Assembly: GCF_000328665.1 (NCBI RefSeq)
Contig: NC_019972.1
Location: 186,001 to 250,000 of the forward strand
Direction of reading: 5' to 3'
Length of the DNA stretch: 64,000 nucleotides
Source: Methanomethylovorans hollandica DSM 15978
GTDB taxonomy: Archaea > Halobacteriota > Methanosarcinia > Methanosarcinales > Methanosarcinaceae
Below, in pieces: positions 40,720 through 51,120 of this stretch; position 1 is the stretch's first letter; each line of letters starts with the position of its first letter. The notes below the pieces were generated by a model. The model ran no database searches. It was not told where the DNA came from and saw only the letters and a program-made list of their open reading frames with translations. Both the position numbers and the translations under genes were made by a program.

Positions 40720-42059
40720 GTCAACTACCCCACCCTGCCAGCCTTCGGCTGTCGATGATGGGACTTGAATGTCAATTATGCATTCGTCTGGGTGGCTGAC
40801 AGACACCCCTGAGATAACGAGATATACCCGAAATCCCTTGTTCTTCTTTCGATATTCATCGAAGCATTCAGATCTGCATTGTTCTCATATCCGCATTTTT
40901 TACATATGAATTTCAACCGATTCCTGTTGGTATTGGAAATATGATTACATCGGTTGCATTCCTGTGAAGTATGAGCAGGGTCCACAAAGTGGACTTTTAT
41001 TCCTGCTTCTTTTGCTTTGTATGTAATGAAATCCTGCAGTTGTCTGTATGTCCAGCTACTTTGATGATAGCGTTTGTCTTTACGAACTTTCCTTACTTTG
41101 TTCTCACGAATACCTTTTAGGTCCTCTAATCCTATCAAAAAAACCTTGTTCTCAATGGCGAATTTAATAATTTGTTTTGATATCATATGGTTTACATGTC
41201 GCATAAGACGTTTCTCTTTATCAGAAAGATGTTTGATCATTTTTCTTGCTGACAAAGTTCCCTTCGATTGTAACCTTTTTCGCATTGACATGTATTGGTT
41301 TCTGATATCTTTGATATGACCTCCTGCAAAGAACCTGCAGTTCTTTTCAGTGGTTGATGCAACAGCAAGGTAGTTCATTCCCAAGTCAATACCCATGTAA
41401 TTGGATGAGTATTCCAGTTCTTTTTCTGGAACTTCCTTTTCAATGGACAGATGGAAAGAATGATTACTATCCTTATGTCTTACAACTTTGGATGCTGTGA
41501 ATTTCCATGTACCATCGAAGTATTGCTGTGCATTATCATAACTTTGTATCTTATATGGTTTCCTCCCATTATTAATGGTTGTAATAGCAACTAAATCCTG
41601 ACTTATACTAAAATCTCTTTTGTAGGAAAGCGTCATCGAATACGGACTGAATGTTATTTCCTTCCAGATCACTTTTCTTTCCTTAATCTGTTCTTTCAAG
41701 GTTTTGTAGCATCCTGATACTTGTCTTGGGATATTACAACTCATCTGGGATTTCAGTCCGATAACTTCCCGAAGATATCCGTAAACGATTTTCTGCAACT
41801 TATAAGAACCAATTGTTTTTCCGTTCTGAAAAACAACAGAAGAAGCATAGTTCATTCCATCCGAATACTTTTGCATGGTCTCTACCAGATCGTTATCTGG
41901 ATTTACTATTTTCAGAATAACAGTTTTAGTCAGGATCATGCAATAACCTTCTTTCAGAGATTTCAGTATATTGTTTGCATTTTTGTTAGAAAATCGTTAG
42001 TAGTATAATGGTTTTTATGTTATAAATACCTTAATGTTAGTTGGAGTGACGCATTCCTG
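40720..42059 (-). mobile_element. IS200/IS605-family tnpB-only element, copy 2 (left-end hairpin deleted)
   Basis: Right end CAAG-TCCC...GGGG-TAGTTGAC; left end CAGGA-ATGCGTCACTCC lacks the 38 nt present in copy 1. Confidence 0.85.
40776..41939 (-). CDS. tnpB: RNA-guided endonuclease TnpB
   Basis: GIDLG, GLEDL and NADLN intact; zinc ribbon; N-terminal half nearly identical to copy 1. Confidence 0.93.
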   Translation of the reverse strand: MILTKTVILKIVNPDNDLVETMQKYSDGMNYASSVVFQNGKTIGSYKLQKIVYGYLREVIGLKSQMSCNIPRQVSGCYKTLKEQIKERKVIWKEITFSPYSMTLSYKRDFSISQDLVAITTINNGRKPYKIQSYDNAQQYFDGTWKFTASKVVRHKDSNHSFHLSIEKEVPEKELEYSSNYMGIDLGMNYLAVASTTEKNCRFFAGGHIKDIRNQYMSMRKRLQSKGTLSARKMIKHLSDKEKRLMRHVNHMISKQIIKFAIENKVFLIGLEDLKGIRENKVRKVRKDKRYHQSSWTYRQLQDFITYKAKEAGIKVHFVDPAHTSQECNRCNHISNTNRNRLKFICKKCGYENNADLNASMNIERRTRDFGYISLSQGCLSATQTNA

Positions 42060-42214
42060 CTCTAATAGTTGAAATCAAAGATAATAAGATCTGGTTAATA
42101 TCATTTGGTGATACCTGAATTTTTCTGGCATTCGAAAAATTTTTTGCAATTATGGAATCATCCATTACTGCAATGTATCTTGGATACGAATAATTAACAA
42201 TAACCATGGTTATC

Positions 42215-43600
42215 TCAGCCTGAACCTATTTGTTGACTTATCATAATATTCATTTTCTCGAGGAATTGATCCATTGTTCCGTATGGAATTGTTGCTCCTG
42301 CGGCAATATCGTGTCCTCCTCCAGCTCCTCCGAGTTCTTTGCATACTACCTCGAGTGCTTCAGAAAGATTCAGGCCTTTGTTAACAAGTATCTGTGTTCC
42401 TCTTGATGATACTTTGTGACCGTCTTCCTTATTTGAAAATGCAAAGATTGGCAGATTCCGGTTGTAAGATGAATGAATCATTCCTGCAACTATGCCTACT
42501 ATAGTTTCAGGGATCTTATCCTTGGCATCAAAGTACTGAATATGTGATAATTCAATTACACCATTTGTATTTTTAACATAATTGATTCCATCTACCAGGT
42601 TCTTCCTGTGTTCCTGCAGAAGAGTAGAAGCACGGCTATAATATTCCCCACGATCTCCAAGACAAACTGCAAAACCAATTTCAGCTTGCATATATCTTCC
42701 AGTTGCATTCAGAAGTGTACTAAATTCCATTGCATCTCTGGTTTCAGTTCCTTCTCTTTCCTGGACGAGTTCATAGCATTCTGTGATTATTCTGTCCATA
42801 TTTGCTTTTGGAACATTATGCCCAATTGAATATTCAATAATAGCAGAAATGACTTTTCTTTTATCTGCTATTTCGAGATCAATCCATCTTTTCCATCTTT
42901 CATCTTTTGCAAGCGGAAAATGAAGACTACCCAAGAATTCAATGCAGCCATCTTCGTTTCCAGTGAGCCCCGGTAGATAAGGATCCGTTGAGAACTGGAT
43001 CATTTTGTGTATGGGTCGTGTCTGCTTTCCATATAAAGAAAGATCCATTTTTGCCATTACGTGCTCAGGATTTGCTTTAAGGATTTCTTCGTTCAAACTT
43101 ACAAGTTTTCCGTATTTTCTGTATTGTAGGTCTCCGATACATCCTACAATAGCAAGGCTTGCAAGGTCTCGGTTATCACCAAGTTCATTTGCAAGAATAT
43201 ATGTTGTCCCTGAACCACTTAGTTCATAGGAACCATTTGCACCAACAAGATGTGGATTTAGGTGGTGGGAATGTTGTCCTTGGGGCCTGTGATGATCGGA
43301 TATTACTGCGTTTAGTCCATAGTTAATAATATGTTCTATTTGACCACTGCCAAGATCGGTGAATATAACAAGATCATGGTTTTCTTCTGATAATTCTTTT
43401 ACTATCTTTTCATCAAGTTGTTTTACGAATTGCATTTCATAATCTATTCCAGCTCTTTCAAGAGCTCTTGCTATTATAGCTGCTGATGTAATTCCATCGG
43501 CATCAATGTGTGATACACAATGGACGTGCGAATAGTTTCTTATTTCTTTGGCACACTCGATTGCGATTTTTTGTAGAGCAAGATATTTTTCTGATGACAT
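42215..43600 (-). CDS. recJ: RecJ-like DHH phosphoesterase (GAN/Cdc45-related archaeal nuclease)
   Basis: SHIDADG, DLGSG, DHH, ELSGSG, EFSTLLNATGR and GGGHDIAAGA. Confidence 0.9.
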   Translation of the reverse strand: MSSEKYLALQKIAIECAKEIRNYSHVHCVSHIDADGITSAAIIARALERAGIDYEMQFVKQLDEKIVKELSEENHDLVIFTDLGSGQIEHIINYGLNAVISDHHRPQGQHSHHLNPHLVGANGSYELSGSGTTYILANELGDNRDLASLAIVGCIGDLQYRKYGKLVSLNEEILKANPEHVMAKMDLSLYGKQTRPIHKMIQFSTDPYLPGLTGNEDGCIEFLGSLHFPLAKDERWKRWIDLEIADKRKVISAIIEYSIGHNVPKANMDRIITECYELVQEREGTETRDAMEFSTLLNATGRYMQAEIGFAVCLGDRGEYYSRASTLLQEHRKNLVDGINYVKNTNGVIELSHIQYFDAKDKIPETIVGIVAGMIHSSYNRNLPIFAFSNKEDGHKVSSRGTQILVNKGLNLSEALEVVCKELGGAGGGHDIAAGATIPYGTMDQFLEKMNIMISQQIGSG

Positions 43601-43736
43601 ATGTATCACGAATTTCTTTTTTTTGAGTTATATGTTTTACTACTGCATCATATTCGGATAAGACAATTCCGGTGTAGGGATTTGTGATATTAGTTCACTT
43701 AAGAATGCTAAAATAATGTTAGTTGTATGTTTTTTT

Positions 43737-43997
43737 TTAAGTATTTGGTTTTAGTGATGAATTTTCTTGTATGGGAAGTGTTTCTGCCATTATTTTTTTC
43801 GTGTATGTATTTGTCCAAAAAGTATGTTCAATCGATCTGTTGTTAACAGTTTGAGTGTATGTATCCAGTGATTCGAAACTATGTTGTTGAAGGAATTTTT
43901 TAATCCTTTTTTCAATACTGTCTTTGTTTGGTGTAGAGAAAATATCAATGGTTTTTCCATCATGATACTCTACGAAAACAAATACATTATCTTCCAT
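43737..43997 (-). CDS. Hypothetical protein
   Basis: 86-aa ORF with GAGG RBS. Confidence 0.5.
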   Translation of the reverse strand: MEDNVFVFVEYHDGKTIDIFSTPNKDSIEKRIKKFLQQHSFESLDTYTQTVNNRSIEHTFWTNTYTKKIMAETLPIQENSSLKPNT

Positions 43998-44023
43998 TAT
44001 ACATTCCTCTTGTTTTGAGTAAC

Positions 44024-44590
44024 TTAGAAGCAGAATAGTGTCGTCTGATGCATATTTGTATTTTGATATTTGTGATTAAAAATTGTAGTAGGTATGGATT
44101 GTTCTGGATCAGGAAATTCTGTGTCTATTACTTCAGTTTCGTCATCCATGAAACCCTGATTAATCAAATTAATAGCAAACATTCTCTGGAAGGAATCAAA
44201 ACTATCTTTGTTGTATGGACTGACACGCCTCTTTCCATTTTCATCTATTTTGCTGACAATGGTTATTCCTGAGATATAGGGGCCATTAATGAAATGTAGA
44301 GGGCGTTGTTCAATTAATTCTGGATACCAGAAACCATTGTTATAATCAAATACTAAAATTGGATCGCTAATTGAATCTTCGTTTTGTCTGTTATAGTGTC
44401 CTGAAAATATCTGTGATCCACATTTCTCCATCACAAGGTCAAGATATGGTTTGTTTCCAATTTTTAGGTACCATTCTTTTCCCAGTTCCTTTTCTTGAAC
44501 TCCGTGTTTTAGAAGGATTGTCTCAATGACATTCTGGAAAAGATATTTTCCATTTTTTCCTATTTTAGAACGGGTATCGAGTTTGGACAT
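44024..44590 (-). CDS. DUF6908/DUF1249-like mobile-element protein
   Basis: LKIGNKPYLDLVME...HY..QN.D...DP..VF...F...NLINQGF pattern; ends in QTTLFCF. Confidence 0.6.
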   Translation of the reverse strand: MSKLDTRSKIGKNGKYLFQNVIETILLKHGVQEKELGKEWYLKIGNKPYLDLVMEKCGSQIFSGHYNRQNEDSISDPILVFDYNNGFWYPELIEQRPLHFINGPYISGITIVSKIDENGKRRVSPYNKDSFDSFQRMFAINLINQGFMDDETEVIDTEFPDPEQSIPTTIFNHKYQNTNMHQTTLFCF

Positions 44591-44941
44591 ATCGTATCAC
44601 TTATTACACAGTTTGCTTTTTTGTAGTGGTAATTAAATTACATAACAATTAAATAAATAATGTGTTGTGTGGGTGTGTTTTTTTATGCCCTCTCTTGGAA
44701 TAACTTTTATTTGTGTAAACCAACGCGTATTGCTTATATATAGGCTGTTAAATAATAGAGACTGTTTTAACTTATATTAAGGTTCTATTAAGCTATTAAC
44801 TGATATGGGTAAAAAAATCGATATGTTTATATATGAGTCAAACACTTTATATTGATGATCATGAATAATACTTCAAATATTAATGTTGGTTGTATTGAGA
44901 CATTTATATTTGTAATTTACTTATACACGGTGGTTTTATAA

Positions 44942-45742
44942 ATGCCGGATAAAAAACTTTTCCAAATTGTAACACGTTCTGGTGTCCGAACTGAAACTCT
45001 TTTAATGCTAAAAGATGGATGCAAGTCTGCTGGTGAACTTTGTTCTCATTTTAAGATTGCACCTCAAGAATTAGCACCACGTACCCGGGAGCTAGTTGAA
45101 AGTGATTTAATTATCAAGAAAGACAAAAATTATTATCTAACTGACCTTGGAAAGATAATTACAGAAAAATATTCTGAATTTAAAAATTTGTTGTATTTTA
45201 TAGGCGATAAGCAAGATTTTCTAAAAGAACATGATTTGACAGACATACCTTTTGAGCTCCAGCTAAGATTTGAAATGATGAGTCAATCTAAAGTTGTTTG
45301 TCCAGAGAATCATTCGATTTTTGATACTCATGATGGGTTTATGGATAATGTAGTTAAGTCAAAGTATCTAAAAGGACTAGCGTCTATAATGTTCCCTTCT
45401 TATCCTTCTTTCTTTAATCAGCTTGCTGAGAGTGGCACAAACGTTGAGATCATTGTAACTGAATCCATATATTCCATATTAAAGACTAAATATAAGGATC
45501 AGTTAATTGAGTACCTGAATTACGAGGATGCTCAGCTGTATATATGTGATAACAATAAACTTGCTTTTGTTGTTACTGACTCGTTTTTCTCGATTTCATT
45601 ATTCTTTAAAAACGGTATTTTTGATCATGTAAGCGACATTGTTGGTTTTGATCCAGATTCAATTGGGTGGGGAGAGTTGTTATTTGATCATTATGTCAAG
45701 CAGTCTGTCCCAGTTAAAATCGAAGATTTAATGTCGTCCTAA
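44942..45742 (+). CDS. Winged-helix regulator with DUF1724-type C-terminal domain
   Basis: RSGVRTETLLMLKDG, YYLTDLGKII, HDLTDIP and WGELLFDHY. Confidence 0.85.
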   Translation: MPDKKLFQIVTRSGVRTETLLMLKDGCKSAGELCSHFKIAPQELAPRTRELVESDLIIKKDKNYYLTDLGKIITEKYSEFKNLLYFIGDKQDFLKEHDLTDIPFELQLRFEMMSQSKVVCPENHSIFDTHDGFMDNVVKSKYLKGLASIMFPSYPSFFNQLAESGTNVEIIVTESIYSILKTKYKDQLIEYLNYEDAQLYICDNNKLAFVVTDSFFSISLFFKNGIFDHVSDIVGFDPDSIGWGELLFDHYVKQSVPVKIEDLMSS

Positions 45743-47997
45743 AAATCAAATAGATTTTTCTGCTGGTTTATTTCTTTTTTATTGTTTTCGGGGACTTCTG
45801 GAGAAGTATCTATTTCATCTGATGGAATTGGGAGCTCAAGTTCATGGAATATTTTAATTGTGATCTTGTTCCCGAATAGTTTTGATACTTCACTGAAGGG
45901 CGTAGACTTTATTTTATCAACCGAACCAATACCATTATCGTATAATTTACGAGCTCTTTTTCTACCAATGTTCTTTATGGACAGGAGGCTGACCAGTTCT
46001 TTGCTTGCTCCATATTTGAGTCTTTGTTCCAGGAAGATATTTTGTATATCGAATCCCTTAAGTTTTGATATCCTTTGAACTGCATGAGAAATCCATGATG
46101 CAGATTCTGATAATGAATGGAGATCTCCTTCGCCTATAACATAATTTTCAACGATTTCTTTTGTTTCGCATTCTTCTATCCAGTCAAGTAAGATTCTTGC
46201 ATTTTTTATTGATTCAATGAATGATTCTGCTGATATTTCACTGATTTCGTCAAGATCTGGAAAATTAATTATTTCGTTTTTATGATCATCTGCATATATC
46301 AAATTTTCAAAGTATTCATTGCCCTTAAGATATAATGTACGAATATCCGGGGTTTTACATATAACCTGCAGCAAGGAAAATGCAGTTATTTCCATGTTTG
46401 ATTGAGATGCTTTTTTGAGGTCCTCTACTATGACGACAGCTGTAAGAGGATCGATATAGATTCTAGATACGAGTTGACCAAGTGGTGTGGCTTGAAGGTA
46501 ATTGTTGTCAGTTACGATTAGATCATTTTCCTCAAGGAAATATAAGCACTCATTTATGGTTTCTATGAAATAAGATAGATCAGACGTATGAGCATAAAAT
46601 GTCTCAGACAGGAAATCTATAACACCTTTTTGAGATGTCGCAATCCCACTGCTTATTATTGCAAGTATATGACTTCTAAGGGCTTTTTCGGATCCAAGTT
46701 TTGAAGATATATCTTCAGCTTTTGCATGGATATATTTGGTTTCTAGAAAATCTATTTTATCCGATGACTTTGCAATTAACAAAGATTGGCCATATGGATC
46801 AAGATGTGGTCTTCCTGCTCTTCCGACCATTTGCTTGTAATCAAGCACAGGTATTGGGATATTGCCTTCATTTGCATCATATCTAAGGAAGCTTCGGATT
46901 ACTACTCTCCTTGCTGGTAAGTTAAGTCCTGCTGCAAGTGTTGGAGTACATGATATTACCTTGATTTTGTTTTCTTTGAAACCATCTTCTACTAATCTTC
47001 GCTGTGCAGCATTAAGGCCTGCGTGGTGGAATGCAACACCATTACGAATGCATTCTGCAAGATTATTTGATTCAGTGGTATCGCTGGAGTATTCGATTTC
47101 TTCTGATATTTCTGCAAGCTTATTCTTTTCGTCTTGGCTTAGAAGGATATTTATTTGTTTATGTTCTCTATTCTTTGGATTTGAAAAACGCTTGGCAAAC
47201 GCCATACAGGTTCTTCTTGAACTTTCGAATACGAGACATTGACCTCCTTCTTTGATGGTATCTAGTGCAACATCTGCTGCTGGTTCTTTTGTATCGTGTA
47301 CTATTTCTTTTTGAATAACAGGATCTTCAGATAAGAAATTCATTGATTTCCCAAATACAACTCCTTCTTGTAGTTTAGTTGGTCTCCAATCACTTACTGT
47401 AAGTTCAGCTTTGAGCCAATCTGCAAGTACCTGGGTATTTCCTATTGTTGCTGAGAGAGCTACGATCTGCAGGTTAGGTATTTTTCTAAGTTTGGTCATT
47501 ACTATTTCAAGTGTAGGTCCTCTGCTCTTTTCGTCTAGCAGATGTACTTCATCTACTACAACTATTGATAATGTCTGTAGCCATTGAGTTCCATTACGTA
47601 GCATGGAATCTGTTTTCTCGGATGTACAGACAACGATATCATTCTTTCCAAGGCCTTCACTTTTTGATTCCAATTCACCTGTTGAAATGCCTGTAAGGAT
47701 ACCAAATTTTTCAAATTCTTTGAAACGCTGATATTTTTCGTTTGCAAGAGCTATCAGAGGAACAATATACAATGCTTTTCCACCATCAATTATATGTTTA
47801 AGCATTGCAAGTTCTGCAAGCAAGGTTTTTCCGCTGGCTGTTGGAATAGCAGCAAGTGTGTTCTTTCCTTCAAGTAATCCTTTTTGAACGACTTCTCCCT
47901 GAGGCGGATATAGCTGTTTTATACCAGAATCAATATAGAACTGCTGTATTTTCTCTGGTAAAGGCAGGGATTTTATGTAACAGGGTGATTCGTTCAT
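45739..47997 (-). CDS. hel308: Ski2-like DNA helicase Hel308/Hjm
   Basis: LYPPQ, PTASGKT, DEVH, LSAT, FHHAGL, TPTLAAGLNLPA and QMVGRAGRP; C-terminal QKNLFDF. Confidence 0.93.
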   Translation of the reverse strand: MNESPCYIKSLPLPEKIQQFYIDSGIKQLYPPQGEVVQKGLLEGKNTLAAIPTASGKTLLAELAMLKHIIDGGKALYIVPLIALANEKYQRFKEFEKFGILTGISTGELESKSEGLGKNDIVVCTSEKTDSMLRNGTQWLQTLSIVVVDEVHLLDEKSRGPTLEIVMTKLRKIPNLQIVALSATIGNTQVLADWLKAELTVSDWRPTKLQEGVVFGKSMNFLSEDPVIQKEIVHDTKEPAADVALDTIKEGGQCLVFESSRRTCMAFAKRFSNPKNREHKQINILLSQDEKNKLAEISEEIEYSSDTTESNNLAECIRNGVAFHHAGLNAAQRRLVEDGFKENKIKVISCTPTLAAGLNLPARRVVIRSFLRYDANEGNIPIPVLDYKQMVGRAGRPHLDPYGQSLLIAKSSDKIDFLETKYIHAKAEDISSKLGSEKALRSHILAIISSGIATSQKGVIDFLSETFYAHTSDLSYFIETINECLYFLEENDLIVTDNNYLQATPLGQLVSRIYIDPLTAVVIVEDLKKASQSNMEITAFSLLQVICKTPDIRTLYLKGNEYFENLIYADDHKNEIINFPDLDEISEISAESFIESIKNARILLDWIEECETKEIVENYVIGEGDLHSLSESASWISHAVQRISKLKGFDIQNIFLEQRLKYGASKELVSLLSIKNIGRKRARKLYDNGIGSVDKIKSTPFSEVSKLFGNKITIKIFHELELPIPSDEIDTSPEVPENNKKEINQQKNLFDF

Positions 47998-48066
47998 ATT
48001 TTCACTTTTATTGTTTTTATCAATTTGATGATGTCTAAGTATATTGACCTATCTATTTTTTCGTCG

Positions 48067-49299
48067 TTAGGATTCAACTGGTGTGCTGAACATTTCTAAT
48101 GTTGTTATTTTTGATTTTGATGCAGTTTGTTCATTTTGTTTATTGATTGGGTTATTGATTATAGGAGATTCATCTATAGTGCATTCTGTTGTTTTGGGAA
48201 TTGCGGATTCTAAAGGCACAAAACCAAATGAATAAGATGAACCTATATTTTTGTATGATCCTTCGGGATAATTAATAATATCTGGTTTTTTTTCATGATA
48301 TATTTCAAGCAGTAATTCGTAAAGGTTTTCTATTTCTTTTTGTTCATTTGCTTTACATCCTTCTTTTGCCCATTTTAGTAGAGCTTCTTTGTATGCCTTT
48401 ATTTTTTTCTGATCTCTTGTTCTCTCTGGGATTGGTCTATTTGGCCACTTATCAAAAGGTAACGATTCGCATGAAATAGATGATAACTGGAGAATTGTTT
48501 CTTTATTCTTTACTTTTTCTTCTCCAAAACAGGTAACTAAAATTTTATATGAAATTGTAATTCCCTTATAGCATGTACCCTGTGAGAAAGGTATAGCTAC
48601 ATTTCCATCAGCGGTTATTTTGATTGGTCGTGATTCGATTTCATAGTACGATGATATGATTGATGCTGCAGCTCGATATAAGAATAGTTCAATCGGAGAA
48701 AGATGAGATATTTTAGGAACATTTAACTTCTTTATTACAAGGTTTCCGTTATTATCGGCAACCAGGTCATTTCCTTCAATATCGATGTTGTGTGATTCTT
48801 TTCCATGTTCTTTTTTGATATTAAGATAGGTAGAATAATGCTCAGTTGGAATTGACATATCAACAAGGAATTGAGGTGCTGACATAAAATCATAGAATTG
48901 ATTGTGTGTTGAAAAAATCCTGCCTTCACTTATGGCATAGAATTGTTCTATAAGGTTTTTGAGTTCTTCTGCTGACTGGCAATTCCAATCATGTATTTTA
49001 TCTATGATACTCTGAATTTCATTTTGTTTCGTTGTTTTTACTATTGGGTTGAAGGATATTTCTTCATTATCCATCCAGAAATACATAGTCCTGGTACCAT
49101 ATAAATGGATTTTAACTGGTGTTCCAGTTGATATTTTAGGATCCCATGAGTAGATTCTCTTGGTTCCTTCTGGATCAGTGTTCCTTCTAAAAGTAAAGTG
49201 TTTTGTTTCAATTTTTCTACTATAATAAAATCCGGTTTCCTGACTTACTATTTGTGTAATTGTAGGTGTTATTAGTGGAACAAAATCTTTTTCAAACAT
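48067..49299 (-). CDS. Hypothetical protein
   Basis: 410-aa ORF with GAGG RBS. Confidence 0.6.
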   Translation of the reverse strand: MFEKDFVPLITPTITQIVSQETGFYYSRKIETKHFTFRRNTDPEGTKRIYSWDPKISTGTPVKIHLYGTRTMYFWMDNEEISFNPIVKTTKQNEIQSIIDKIHDWNCQSAEELKNLIEQFYAISEGRIFSTHNQFYDFMSAPQFLVDMSIPTEHYSTYLNIKKEHGKESHNIDIEGNDLVADNNGNLVIKKLNVPKISHLSPIELFLYRAAASIISSYYEIESRPIKITADGNVAIPFSQGTCYKGITISYKILVTCFGEEKVKNKETILQLSSISCESLPFDKWPNRPIPERTRDQKKIKAYKEALLKWAKEGCKANEQKEIENLYELLLEIYHEKKPDIINYPEGSYKNIGSSYSFGFVPLESAIPKTTECTIDESPIINNPINKQNEQTASKSKITTLEMFSTPVES

Positions 49300-49360
49300 T
49301 TCATGTCCTCGGTGTGTGATTTTTGATTGAAAAATAACTAATCTTACTAATCTGAGTAAG

Positions 49361-49789
49361 TTATTTGATTGCTGTTGCTGTTAGAGAGGATTCTTTGATT
49401 TCATGAATCAAGAATTGCAACAATTCTGTGCTTGGATTTTCATATTCACTGAATGATTGGATTATTGACTCATCGTTTTCTCCGTCAATAATTTTTGTGC
49501 GAATTTTATTTATGATAAGTTTGCTGATAGTATATTCTGAGTTTTTATTTTCTACAATTCTGATTATATTCCCTTTTATAAGCGTTATGCCGACTATTTT
49601 TAGATAGTAAGATGCTGATATTGATAGGGTATTGAAATGTGAAGGGGGAAGCTGGATTGCTTTTAGTTTTGGACACGCTTTGTGGATTGCTAAAATATCA
49701 TCCCTAGAAGGACGAAAGGATATGTGAACAATAGATGCTCCTTTCAAAGTATTTATTTCTTCAAGCGACTTAATTACCTTTATTCTCAA
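49361..49789 (-). CDS. DUF1699 family protein
   Basis: RIKVIKSLEEINTL...VHISFRPS..DI....CPKLKAIQLPPS; TTG start with GGTGA RBS. Confidence 0.8.
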   Translation of the reverse strand: MRIKVIKSLEEINTLKGASIVHISFRPSRDDILAIHKACPKLKAIQLPPSHFNTLSISASYYLKIVGITLIKGNIIRIVENKNSEYTISKLIINKIRTKIIDGENDESIIQSFSEYENPSTELLQFLIHEIKESSLTATAIK

Positions 49790-49814
49790 GGTATCACCGA
49801 GAATCTTTTGTCGA

Positions 49815-50435
49815 TTAATTATCTGATATCAATGGTTCTATTATATCATCGGGAATGAGATACATCAGATCCAAGCATGAGTTAAGAAGCAATGATAAAT
49901 CTAATGCTATTTTATCTAGGTTATCGTTAATGTATTTTGATATATAATGTTCTGTTTTTTCAACGTCATCTAGATTAGTTGCTTGGTATGTTTCTATTGT
50001 TCTATTAAGGATAAAGAGGATAGCACTTTCGTGGATGTTCGTTATGCAAATTGGAATTCGAAGATCTCCTTTTTTTGCATAGAAATTACAGAGATCTAAA
50101 GCATCTATATCATTGTCTTTTTCGATTATTTCGAATTGCTGAGATTCCGGAAATTCGGATTTGAAAACTATTTTTGCAATATCCTTAGGATCAAGGTGTA
50201 TATGTGGTATATAGCAGTGGATTTCTTGCTTTATATGACGACTGTTTATTTCAATAGCATGATTGATAGCATTTAGTAATGCTGCCTGGGTTGGAAATTT
50301 GTTTTTTCGAAGAAAAGAAGACAGCTGTTTCTTTATAGCTCTAGATATAATAAATCGATGTATGTCATTTACAGGTATTGTATTTGTTTTTTTTGATGCA
50401 TGATTAATACTTGAATCTAGAGTTAATACTTCCAT
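49815..50435 (-). CDS. Hypothetical protein
   Basis: 206-aa ORF co-oriented with neighbours. Confidence 0.55.
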   Translation of the reverse strand: MEVLTLDSSINHASKKTNTIPVNDIHRFIISRAIKKQLSSFLRKNKFPTQAALLNAINHAIEINSRHIKQEIHCYIPHIHLDPKDIAKIVFKSEFPESQQFEIIEKDNDIDALDLCNFYAKKGDLRIPICITNIHESAILFILNRTIETYQATNLDDVEKTEHYISKYINDNLDKIALDLSLLLNSCLDLMYLIPDDIIEPLISDN

Positions 50436-50474
50436 AAAATTACTTCCTTGCTTGGTTAATGCATATATTTTGCA

Positions 50475-51020
50475 TTATGCTGTTTGTTTTTTTGTAGGAA
50501 TAGTTATTGAGTTGATAAGCTGTTGTGCGTCATTTATAACTTGGATGGACTCTTCCTTTGAAATAAAGGGATTACAATGCCTTAAGATATCTGATTTTGA
50601 TTTTCTAAATTGAATAGGTGATTTACATACATAGATTGCAGATGTCAGGTGCTCAAGGGATGAAGGTGGGTATTGACACATAATCTTTATAACTACATTT
50701 ATTTCACTTTCTGGTTTTTCTTTGAGTTTAGAGATTACTTGTGTTCCGTTTATTCCAATGATTAAATTACCCGGTTTGAGGTGATTTGATTCCTGCTTAA
50801 GAATTTCATCAATTCGCATTTCAAGAATAATATCTTGTAACTCATCCGAAAAAGGAGCATGTTTGTTTATGTAAAAGTTAAATCCTAGCTGTATTTTACA
50901 CAGTTCCTGCAACAGAAAAACTGCTTTTTGAAGAAAGAAAGGAGATGCCCATAGATTATTATTGTTTATCCTTTCAACTAGCAATGCTATGATTGCTTTT
51001 TGTTTGATTTTATCCAGCAT
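50475..51020 (-). CDS. YwgA/SocA (DUF4065)/DarG-CTD-like protein
   Basis: LQKAVFLLQE...FNFYINKHAPFSDEL...LEHLTSAIYV. Confidence 0.5.
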   Translation of the reverse strand: MLDKIKQKAIIALLVERINNNNLWASPFFLQKAVFLLQELCKIQLGFNFYINKHAPFSDELQDIILEMRIDEILKQESNHLKPGNLIIGINGTQVISKLKEKPESEINVVIKIMCQYPPSSLEHLTSAIYVCKSPIQFRKSKSDILRHCNPFISKEESIQVINDAQQLINSITIPTKKQTA

Positions 51021-51120
51021 ATTGCTTCCTGCTATGAAATTTGTTTGGATTTTTTACACTATGAAGTAGAGCTATAGCTATTCTTTTTTTGATCGTTTTT
51101 GTATTAATAGGAAAGAGAAA

